The notes under the pieces were generated by a model that was not told where the DNA came from, did no database searches, and saw nothing but the letters and a program-made list of their open reading frames with translations. This document shows positions 24,371 to 32,000 of a stretch of DNA of 32,000 bases, piece after piece. Numbering within the stretch: position 1 is the stretch's first letter; the number at the start of each line of letters is the position of its first letter. The stretch comes from Candidatus Saccharimonadota bacterium. GTDB lineage: Bacteria > Pseudomonadota > Gammaproteobacteria > Enterobacterales > Enterobacteriaceae. The position numbers and the translations under genes were made by a program. The DNA is taken from the NCBI GenBank assembly GCA_041942055.1, contig CP145874.1, positions 240,001 to 272,000 on the forward strand, in the 5' to 3' direction.

Positions 24371-24910
24371 ATGAAGTTGCTAAAAGAATTTTTTTTTCAT
24401 ATTTTTACCCAAATACGTAGTATATATTTAATTAGTTTAAATGCCTTTTCTAAACGTGAAACCAATAAATATCCTGAAGAGAAGGTATACCTACCTCCTC
24501 GTTATCGAGGAAGAATTGTATTAACACGTGATCCAGATGGAGCAGAACGTTGTGTAGCATGTGGTCTTTGTGCAGTAGTATGTCCAACTGATTGTATCTA
24601 TCTTCAAAAATCTGAAGATAATAATAGAAGATGGTATCCGGAATTTTTCAGAATTAATTTTTCGAGGTGTATATTTTGTGGTTTATGTGAAGAAGCTTGT
24701 CCAACCATGGCTATTCAACTAACTCCAGATTTTGAAATGGGAGAATTCAAACGTAAAGATTTGGTTTATGAAAAAGAGGACTTGCTCATTTCAGGTCCGG
24801 GAAAATATCCCGACTATAATTTTTATCGTATAGCAGGTGTAGCACTTAAAAATAAATTATCCGGTGAAAATCAATTAGATCCTATTGATGTAAAAAGCTT
24901 ATTACCTTAA
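24371..24910 (+). CDS. nuoI: NADH-quinone oxidoreductase subunit I
   Basis: 179 aa. It has two 4Fe-4S ferredoxin motifs, [12 protein letters not shown] and [12 protein letters not shown]. Confidence 0.95.
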   Translation: MKLLKEFFFHIFTQIRSIYLISLNAFSKRETNKYPEEKVYLPPRYRGRIVLTRDPDGAERCVACGLCAVVCPTDCIYLQKSEDNNRRWYPEFFRINFSRCIFCGLCEEACPTMAIQLTPDFEMGEFKRKDLVYEKEDLLISGPGKYPDYNFYRIAGVALKNKLSGENQLDPIDVKSLLP

Positions 24911-24929
24911 ATCCAAATAATTTAAAAAT

Positions 24930-25424
24930 ATGAACGTATTATTTTTTTATATATGTGGAACTGTTTCAATATTAACTACATTACGTATCCTAAGTCATCC
25001 AAATCCTATGTATGCTGTATTATATTTATTGTGTTTAATATTATCAATTGCAGGAGTATTTTTCTCTATTGGTGCATATCTTGCAGGAATATTAGAAGTC
25101 ATTATATATGCAGGCGCTATTATGGTGTTATTCATATTTATATTAATTACACTTAATATAAATAATTCTAAAGAATATAAAAAATTCAGCAATTTATCAT
25201 TGGGTATAGGAGGAATAATGTTTTTATTAATAATTTTTAGCATTATAATTCTTTTGAGTATCCATAAAATTCCTGAATTTTTTATTATTAATGGATATGT
25301 TCCTAATGCTAAACAAGTAGGTATTTTACTTTTTGGACCGTATTTATTATTAATAGAATTTGTATCTTTGTTAATGTTAGCAGGCTTAATAGTGGCTTTT
25401 CATATAGCAAGCAAGGCTCGTTAG
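24930..25424 (+). CDS. nuoJ: NADH-quinone oxidoreductase subunit J
   Basis: 164 aa hydrophobic protein in the nuoJ position. It carries the conserved AG.LE..IYAGAIMVLF.F segment. Confidence 0.88.
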   Translation: MNVLFFYICGTVSILTTLRILSHPNPMYAVLYLLCLILSIAGVFFSIGAYLAGILEVIIYAGAIMVLFIFILITLNINNSKEYKKFSNLSLGIGGIMFLLIIFSIIILLSIHKIPEFFIINGYVPNAKQVGILLFGPYLLLIEFVSLLMLAGLIVAFHIASKAR

Positions 25425-25468
25425 TAGTAATTAAATAAAATCCTGAGGTTTTTTTTGGAGATCTTTAT

Positions 25469-25765
25469 ATGATACCTTTTCAGCATGGATTAATTTTATC
25501 GACAATTATTTTTATATTAGGAATAATGATAGTCTTTACACGTCGTAATTTACTATTTACGTTGATTGGAATTGAAATCATGCTAAATGCTACAGCGTTA
25601 CTTTTTATAATATCTGGATATACATGGAAGCATATTGATAGTCAAATAATGTATATATTAACAATTACTATTGCTGCAATAGAAGCTAGCATTGGATTAG
25701 CATTATTACTTCAGTTACATAGATATTTTTATAATCTTAATAGAGATTTATTTTATGAGAAATAA
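25469..25765 (+). CDS. nuoK: NADH-quinone oxidoreductase subunit K
   Basis: 98 aa. [10 protein letters not shown]...RRNLLF.LIG.EIM.NA.AL.F...[24 protein letters not shown] is colinear with E. coli NuoK. A GGAG Shine-Dalgarno lies upstream. Confidence 0.93.
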   Translation: MIPFQHGLILSTIIFILGIMIVFTRRNLLFTLIGIEIMLNATALLFIISGYTWKHIDSQIMYILTITIAAIEASIGLALLLQLHRYFYNLNRDLFYEK

Positions 25766-25770
25766 TAAGC

Positions 25771-27624
25771 ATGAATGAACATAATTTAGCTATTCTATGT
25801 ATTTTTTTTCCTTTGTTAGGTTTTTTTTGGTTAATATTATTGAAAAATCATTGTTATGAAAAAATCTATTCGATTATAGGAACCAGTTCAGTCGGTTTAG
25901 CAGCACTATTGACTATTATTATAAATATTAGATTTTTTCAAGAAAATCATTTGGGATATTATCAAAAGTTCTGGAGTTGGATAAAAATTGGATCGTTTTC
26001 TATTGATATAAATTTGATGATAGATGGATTATCTCTTACAATGTTATCAATAGTAACTGGAATAGGTTTTTTAATTCATATATTTTCTTCTTGGTATATG
26101 CATGGTGAAGAAGAAGTAGCCAGATTTTTTGCTTATACTAATCTATTTATAGCTAGTATGATTCTACTAGTTTTAGCAGAAAATTTATTGTTAATGTATG
26201 TAGGATGGGAATTAGTAGGAGTTTGTTCTTATTTACTTATTGGTTTTGATTATACTAAGGTTAAGAATGGATTAGCAGCATTGAAGGCTTTTTTAATAAC
26301 GCGCATTGCTGATGTATGCTTAGTTATAGCAATATTTATTATTTATCATAAGATAGTATCTTTAAATTTTCATGACATATTCATAGGAGTACAATTACTT
26401 ATTGATAAAAAAGATCTATTAGAGTTAAAGTTAGCAGCTTTTTTGTTATTATGTGGAGCTATAGGCAAATCAGCACAATTTCCAATGCAAACATGGTTAG
26501 CTGATGCAATGGTTGCGCCAACTCCTGTATCAGCTCTGATTCATGCAGCCACTATGGTGACTGCTGGAGTTTATCTTATAGCTCGTACCCATTTTATCTT
26601 TCATATCATGCCAGATATCTTATTTTTAATACTAATTATCGGTAATATCACCTTAATCTTAGGATCTTTTGCAGCTTTAGTGCAAACCGATATTAAACGA
26701 GTACTTGCTTATTCTACCATGAGTCAGATTGGTTATATGTTCGCAGCTTTAGGTATAGAAGCTTGGCATGCAGCTATTTTTCATTTAATGACTCATGCTA
26801 TTTTTAAAGCACTTTTGTTTCTATCATCAGCTGCTATCATTTTAGAATGTAATCAAGAACAAAATATGTTTAAAATGGGTGGTTTACGTAATAAAATGCC
26901 AGTAATTTATATATGTTTTTTAATAGGTGGTGCTTCATTGGCAGCTATTCCATTGGTAACAGCGGGATTTTTTAGTAAAGAAGAAATTTTTCTATCGATT
27001 ATTTCTAGTGGTCATATATATTCTTCAATAATTGCATTATTAGGTACCTTTATAACTTCACTGTATACTTTTAGGATGATTTTTATTACTTTTCATGGAA
27101 AATCATTACTCTATTCCTTGAAAGTTAATAAATCTAAAGGAATAACCTTTTATTTTCCACTATTAATAATGCTAATCTTTTCTACTTATCTTGGTACTAA
27201 GATTACATTTCCACTTAATACAGTCTTTCCAGTTGATCAAAATATAATTCATCTCAATAAATTCTTCTTGATACTAAGTACTAGTAGTATAGTTCTTTTA
27301 GGTATGGTTTTATCATGGATTTTATTTAATAAGAAATATCAATTAATTTCCCCCAAGGGTTATTTGACCTTTTTTATTCATTCTGGATTACATGCATGGG
27401 GATTTGACTGGTTATATCAACAATTATTCGTCAACCCATATTTGATAATAGCGAAATATTTAAAATCCGATCCATTAAAAAGAATTATGAAGATTCCAGT
27501 CATTATTTTGAATTTTATAACAATCCATTTATTTCGAATTGAAAAATATAATCATCTTAATAATTATATAAGATCAATTATATTTGGTACGGGAGTCATT
27601 TTAGTTTTATTATTAATATTTTAA
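25771..27624 (+). CDS. nuoL: NADH-quinone oxidoreductase subunit L
   Basis: 617 aa antiporter-like subunit. Motifs: MY.GWE.VG.CSYLLIGF, GKSAQFP...WL.DAM..PTPVSALIHAATMVTAGVYL and AYST.SQ.GYMF. It has the long C-terminal extension typical of NuoL. Confidence 0.93.
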   Translation: MNEHNLAILCIFFPLLGFFWLILLKNHCYEKIYSIIGTSSVGLAALLTIIINIRFFQENHLGYYQKFWSWIKIGSFSIDINLMIDGLSLTMLSIVTGIGFLIHIFSSWYMHGEEEVARFFAYTNLFIASMILLVLAENLLLMYVGWELVGVCSYLLIGFDYTKVKNGLAALKAFLITRIADVCLVIAIFIIYHKIVSLNFHDIFIGVQLLIDKKDLLELKLAAFLLLCGAIGKSAQFPMQTWLADAMVAPTPVSALIHAATMVTAGVYLIARTHFIFHIMPDILFLILIIGNITLILGSFAALVQTDIKRVLAYSTMSQIGYMFAALGIEAWHAAIFHLMTHAIFKALLFLSSAAIILECNQEQNMFKMGGLRNKMPVIYICFLIGGASLAAIPLVTAGFFSKEEIFLSIISSGHIYSSIIALLGTFITSLYTFRMIFITFHGKSLLYSLKVNKSKGITFYFPLLIMLIFSTYLGTKITFPLNTVFPVDQNIIHLNKFFLILSTSSIVLLGMVLSWILFNKKYQLISPKGYLTFFIHSGLHAWGFDWLYQQLFVNPYLIIAKYLKSDPLKRIMKIPVIILNFITIHLFRIEKYNHLNNYIRSIIFGTGVILVLLLIF

Positions 27625-27659
27625 AAATTGATTATGAAATTAGAAGGAAAGATTATTTA

Positions 27660-29195
27660 ATGTTATTACCTTGGCTCATACTAATACCATTTATTAGTGG
27701 TTTAATATGTTTGCCTTTAGAATATTTTTACATGAAATTATCGCGTTGGATTGCTTTGATAGCTCTTATCATAGTTCTGTTATTAACAATTTTAATATGG
27801 TTATTAATTAATGATAATTCATTAATTATGCCAACAGCATTTGGATTACCTCAATGGCGATATGAATATTCTCTCTCATGGATTCCTCGTTTTGGAATTA
27901 GTTTTCATCTCGCATTAGATGGAATATCACTCTTAATGCTCATGATAACCGCATTAATTGGAATCATGGCTGTATTATGTTCATGGAAAGAAATAGATCA
28001 AAATATCGGAATATTTTATTTGAACTTACTATTTGTTATTAGTGGAATAATCGGTATTTTTATCGCAATTGATTTATTTTTATTTTTCTGTTTTTGGGAA
28101 ATGATGCTCATACCAATGTTTTTTATTATCTTGTTATGGGTACAGAAAGAATTTCAAGAAGATAGGAAAATTAATACTGCTATAAAGTTCTTCATTTATA
28201 CCCAAGGAAGTGGTTTATTAATGTTAATAGCTATTATAAGCTTAGCTTTAATTTACTATTCTCATACAGGAGTTTGGAGTTTCAAATATGACTTATTATT
28301 ACAACAAAATAACATGTCATATCCTATTGAATATATATTAATGTTGTGTTTTTTTATTACATTTGCAGTAAAATTACCTATTATACCTTTACATGGATGG
28401 TTAATTGATGTACATGATCAAGCACCTACTGCTGGATCGCTCAGTATTTTACTGAAAACGGCTGCTTATGGATTATTACGTTTCAGCTTACCACTTTTTC
28501 CAACCACATCTATGGATTTTGCTCCCATAGCAAAAGGATTGGGTCTTATTAATATTTTTTATGGAGCATGGATGGCATTTAATCAAACCGATTTAAAACG
28601 AGTTATAGCATATAGTTCTGTTTCTCATATTGGTTTGATATTAATTGCTATTTATACAGGAAATAATTTAGCTTTTCAAGGAGCAGTTTTTCAAATGATT
28701 TGTTACAGTATTTCTACAGCTGGATTGTTTATTTTATGCGGACAACTTTACGAACGTTTGCATACTAGGAATATGTATAATCTTCAAAAGATTTGGCGAA
28801 ATATTAATTCTATACCAGCTTTTGTATTATTTTTTTCTTTGGCAACTATGGGAATACCTGGAACAGGAAATTTTATTGGAGAATTCTTAATTTTAGTTAG
28901 TAGTTATAATATAGCACCATATCTTACTGGAATAGCGACGATTGGTATTGTGTTTACAACCATTTATATTTTAATGATGATGCAACGACTTTATTTTGGT
29001 AGTCCAAGCAGTCATAAACATTCTTTTCACCCCATGACAATACGTGAATGCAGTATTATTATAATACTAATTGTCTTATTAGTTTGGTTGTTTATTTATC
29101 CTCAATTCATTATTAATATATCTTATGTACCATTAAATAATATTAAGCAATGGATTTTTAATACTATTTCCATTCAATCTGATCTTTTTTTATGA
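27660..29195 (+). CDS. nuoM: NADH-quinone oxidoreductase subunit M
   Basis: 511 aa antiporter-like subunit. FWE.MLIPM, KLP..PLH.WL.D.H..APTAGS..L...L.K.A.YGLLRF and DLKR.IAYSSVSH.G. Its position follows nuoL. Confidence 0.93.
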   Translation: MLLPWLILIPFISGLICLPLEYFYMKLSRWIALIALIIVLLLTILIWLLINDNSLIMPTAFGLPQWRYEYSLSWIPRFGISFHLALDGISLLMLMITALIGIMAVLCSWKEIDQNIGIFYLNLLFVISGIIGIFIAIDLFLFFCFWEMMLIPMFFIILLWVQKEFQEDRKINTAIKFFIYTQGSGLLMLIAIISLALIYYSHTGVWSFKYDLLLQQNNMSYPIEYILMLCFFITFAVKLPIIPLHGWLIDVHDQAPTAGSLSILLKTAAYGLLRFSLPLFPTTSMDFAPIAKGLGLINIFYGAWMAFNQTDLKRVIAYSSVSHIGLILIAIYTGNNLAFQGAVFQMICYSISTAGLFILCGQLYERLHTRNMYNLQKIWRNINSIPAFVLFFSLATMGIPGTGNFIGEFLILVSSYNIAPYLTGIATIGIVFTTIYILMMMQRLYFGSPSSHKHSFHPMTIRECSIIIILIVLLVWLFIYPQFIINISYVPLNNIKQWIFNTISIQSDLFL

Positions 29196-30640
29196 AATTG
29201 ATAATTGCGTTACCATTTATTATGCCATTAATAGTGCTTGTTTTTACTTCAATAATTTTATTGATAGCTATTATTATATGGAAAAGAAATAATTTAGTTG
29301 GTACAGTTTCATTTATTGGTTTATCAATAGCAATACTATCAATGGTTTTTTTTAAATCTACTAAAATTCAACCAGAATTTGTAAACACTTTGTTATATAT
29401 AGATAGTTATTCTTTATTTATTAGTACATTAGTATTATTAGCAAGTTTAATAACAAGTATTTTTAGTTATTTATGGTTATATTTTTATAAATTAACAGAT
29501 CAAGGAGAAATTTTTTTATTAATATTAATTGCTACTTTAGGAGGAGTTGTACTGGCTAGTACAAATAATTTATCATCATTTTTTATTGGTATAGAATTGA
29601 TGGCAATACCGTTATTTGGTTTAACAGGTTATACCTATAATAGGAGAAGTTATCTTGAATCTAGTATAAAATATACTTTACTATCTGCAATAACTTCTTC
29701 ATTTTTGTTGTTTGGAATTGCACTTATATATGCACAAACGGGTTATTTAAACTATTCACAAATAACTACATTTACGAATAATAATATATTATTACAACCA
29801 CTACTATTACTAGGTTTTGGATTAATGATGACTAGCATAGGATTTAAATTATCTTTAGTACCATTTCACCAATGGACAGCTGAGATATATCAAAAAGCAC
29901 CTATTCCAGCTGTCCTTTTTCTAACTACTAGTAATAAAATTGCTATTTTTGGAGCTACAACTCGTTTATTGGTGTATTTGCATCTTATAGATAATAAAGC
30001 AGTTTGCCTTTTACTCAGTATAATGGCATTTCTATCTATTTTAGTTGGAAATTTACTTGCTTTTTTTCAATTCAATATTAAAAAATTATTAGCATACTCT
30101 TCGATTTCTCATTTTGGTTATTTATGGATAGCATTAATATGTGCACATACAAATAAATCTTTATCGTTAGAAACTATTAATATATCTTTAATTAGTTATT
30201 TATTAAGTAATTTAGGATTATTTGGGATAATCATCTTAATTTCTACTACATATCATGATTATATGGACGATATTAATTCTTATCGTGGATTATTTTTACA
30301 TCATCCCATATTATCATTAGCTATGACTGTAATGATACTATCGTTAGCGGGTATTCCTCTAACATTAGGTTTTATTAGTAAATTTTATATCATTATTATG
30401 AGTATAATGTCCCATTATTGGTCGTTAAGTTTATCGATTTTAATCGGTAGTATTATTGGACTTTATTATTATTTGCGACTTATTACATATTTATATCTAT
30501 CTTCACCACAATCAGATAAACTGATCATGTTATCATCAGAATCTAATTGGTTTTGGTGTATTGGAGCAATAATAGTCTGTATAATTGCGATTATTATTGG
30601 CATGTTAGGTATTTTTCCGCAATATATAATAAATCCCTAA
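29192..30640 (+). CDS. nuoN: NADH-quinone oxidoreductase subunit N
   Basis: 482 aa antiporter-like subunit. Its start overlaps the nuoM stop as ATGA. GIELMA.PLF, FKLSLVPFH.W..E.YQ.AP and KKLLAYSSISH.GY. It is the last gene of the operon. Confidence 0.92.
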   Translation: MKLIIALPFIMPLIVLVFTSIILLIAIIIWKRNNLVGTVSFIGLSIAILSMVFFKSTKIQPEFVNTLLYIDSYSLFISTLVLLASLITSIFSYLWLYFYKLTDQGEIFLLILIATLGGVVLASTNNLSSFFIGIELMAIPLFGLTGYTYNRRSYLESSIKYTLLSAITSSFLLFGIALIYAQTGYLNYSQITTFTNNNILLQPLLLLGFGLMMTSIGFKLSLVPFHQWTAEIYQKAPIPAVLFLTTSNKIAIFGATTRLLVYLHLIDNKAVCLLLSIMAFLSILVGNLLAFFQFNIKKLLAYSSISHFGYLWIALICAHTNKSLSLETINISLISYLLSNLGLFGIIILISTTYHDYMDDINSYRGLFLHHPILSLAMTVMILSLAGIPLTLGFISKFYIIIMSIMSHYWSLSLSILIGSIIGLYYYLRLITYLYLSSPQSDKLIMLSSESNWFWCIGAIIVCIIAIIIGMLGIFPQYIINP

Positions 30641-30666
30641 TTGATTAAAAAATATTGTTAAATAAT

Positions 30667-31800
30667 TTATAATTTAAAATCACACAAGTCTTTTATGTCA
30701 ATTTCAGTATCTACTTGACCAATTAAGTAAGAACTCAATTCAGATTCTTGAGGTGCAACCTGTACATAATCAGATACTAACCAAGAATTAATCCATGGAA
30801 TTGGATTGGATTGTTGTATACTAAAAGGAATCTTGAATTTTAGAGCTTGCATTCTAATATTAGTGATATACTCAATATATTGAAATAATATTTCCTTATT
30901 TAATCCTATCATTGCTCCATCTTTGAATAAATATTCAGTCCATTCTTTCTCTTGGTTGACAGCTCGCAAAAATAAATCATAACATTGTGATTTACATTCA
31001 TTTGCAATTTCTGCCATTTCTATATCATCTTCTCCAGAATGCATAAGATTGATTAAATATTGAGTTCCGGTTAAATGTAATGCTTCATCACGTGCAATCA
31101 AACGAATAATTTTTGCATTTCCTTCCATCAATTTACGTTCAGCAAAAGCAAAAGAACAAGCAAAACTAACATAAAAACGAATGGCTTCTAGAACATTGAC
31201 ACTTATTAAGCAAAGATAAAGTTGTTTTTTTAGGGTACGTAAATTAATAGTAATAGTTTGACCATTTACTTGATGTGTTCCCTCCCCGAAAAGATGCCAG
31301 TAACTAGTCATTTTAATAAGATCATCATAATAAATGGAAATATCTTTGGCTCGCATTTTGATTTGTTGGTTTGTCAAAATATCATCAAAAATACATCCAG
31401 GTTCATTAACAATATTACGAATAATATGAGTATAAGAACGCGAATGAATAGTTTCAGAAAAAGCCCACGTTTCAATCCAAGTTTCGAGCTCAGGTAATGA
31501 TACCAATGGTAACAACGACACATTAGGACTACGTCCTTGAATTGAATCTAGCAAAGTTTGATATTTCAGATTACTGATAAAAATATGCTTTTCATGTTCA
31601 GGTAAGTTCATGAAATCAATTCTATCTTTTGAGATATCAATCTCTTCAGGACGCCAGAAAAAAGATAGCTGTTTTTCAATTAATTTTTCAAAAAAAGAAT
31701 ATTTTTGTTGATCATAACGCGCTATATTTACTGGTTGTCCAAAAAATAGAGGTTCTTTCAGCTGATCATTTTTTTCTTGAGAAAAAGTAGTATAAATCAT
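30667..31800 (-). CDS. nrdB: Ribonucleoside-diphosphate reductase subunit beta (class Ia)
   Basis: 377 aa, nearly colinear with E. coli NrdB. It includes [48 protein letters not shown] (iron ligands and radical tyrosine region), [14 protein letters not shown] and [14 protein letters not shown]. Confidence 0.96.
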   Translation of the reverse strand: MIYTTFSQEKNDQLKEPLFFGQPVNIARYDQQKYSFFEKLIEKQLSFFWRPEEIDISKDRIDFMNLPEHEKHIFISNLKYQTLLDSIQGRSPNVSLLPLVSLPELETWIETWAFSETIHSRSYTHIIRNIVNEPGCIFDDILTNQQIKMRAKDISIYYDDLIKMTSYWHLFGEGTHQVNGQTITINLRTLKKQLYLCLISVNVLEAIRFYVSFACSFAFAERKLMEGNAKIIRLIARDEALHLTGTQYLINLMHSGEDDIEMAEIANECKSQCYDLFLRAVNQEKEWTEYLFKDGAMIGLNKEILFQYIEYITNIRMQALKFKIPFSIQQSNPIPWINSWLVSDYVQVAPQESELSSYLIGQVDTEIDIKDLCDFKL

Positions 31801-31839
31801 ATTATTCCTTAATGAATCAACTCGATTTTTAAAAAAAAA

Positions 31840-32000
31840 TTAAATCTGACAAGCTCCACTATCACAATTATTACTATCATAAATAATAATCTCTTGTGTA
31901 TAGTTTGTATTTTCAGACAGATTATTTGGAATCTGTAAATGTAATTCGTCTGATGCTCGGTCCCGTGTATTATGATAATATAATGTTTTTATGCCAAGAG
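31840..32000 (-). CDS. nrdA: Ribonucleoside-diphosphate reductase subunit alpha, C-terminal fragment (5' end lies outside the window)
   Basis: The minus strand translates to ...LGIKTLYYHNTRDRASDELHLQIPNNLSENTNYTQEIIIYDSNNCDSGACQI with its stop at 31840-31842. This matches the E. coli NrdA C-terminus (LKTLYYQNTRDGAED...DDGCESGACKI), including the redox-shuttle Cys pair. The gene lies upstream of nrdB as in the nrdAB operon. Confidence 0.92.
   Translation of the reverse strand, partial: LGIKTLYYHNTRDRASDELHLQIPNNLSENTNYTQEIIIYDSNNCDSGACQI

Noticed and set aside
16269-25243. Antisense or alternative-frame ORFs within the nuo operon (16269-16508, 17495-17710, 19718-20014, 19957-20175, 20278-20562, 22568-22843, 23382-23645, 24953-25156, 24995-25243)
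   Set aside because: All are nested in strongly supported nuo genes. They are short and low-complexity and lack start signals.
31258-31497. 79-aa plus-strand ORF inside nrdB
   Set aside because: It is antisense to a near-perfectly conserved nrdB and is a shadow ORF.

Overview
The window is strongly AT-rich (judged by eye, not computed) and almost entirely coding. Gene content and local order match a reduced genome of an Enterobacterales-derived obligate endosymbiont; I cannot name the organism from sequence alone. All large ORFs but one align by eye to well-known E. coli housekeeping proteins. In order they are: rpsI (3' end), ibaG/yrbA, rplU, rpmA, obgE, ybjG(-), ybjL(-), ligA, lepA, lepB, rnc, era, acpS, yfhL(-), aspC, truA, ubiX, one unassignable 290-aa membrane ORF(-), the 13-gene NADH:quinone oxidoreductase operon nuoA-N with fused nuoCD, nrdB(-), and the 3' end of nrdA(-). 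The ORF track misses one RNA gene: a 4.5S/SRP RNA (ffs) on the minus strand at about 11677-11787. TGA acts as a stop codon (rnc, nuoE), so the standard bacterial code applies. I found no CRISPR array, transposase, integrase, phage gene, toxin-antitoxin pair, defence system, tRNA or rRNA. I do not see a convincing novel multi-gene system. The least explained element is the orphan membrane protein between ubiX and nuoA. Other points worth a second look are the BRCT-less LigA, the collapse of several E. coli-colinear blocks with specific genes missing at the junctions, in-frame poly(A) tracts inside genes, and a few small hairpins and palindromes. Gene-to-gene comparisons rest on my recollection of E. 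coli K-12 sequences and gene order, not on a database search.
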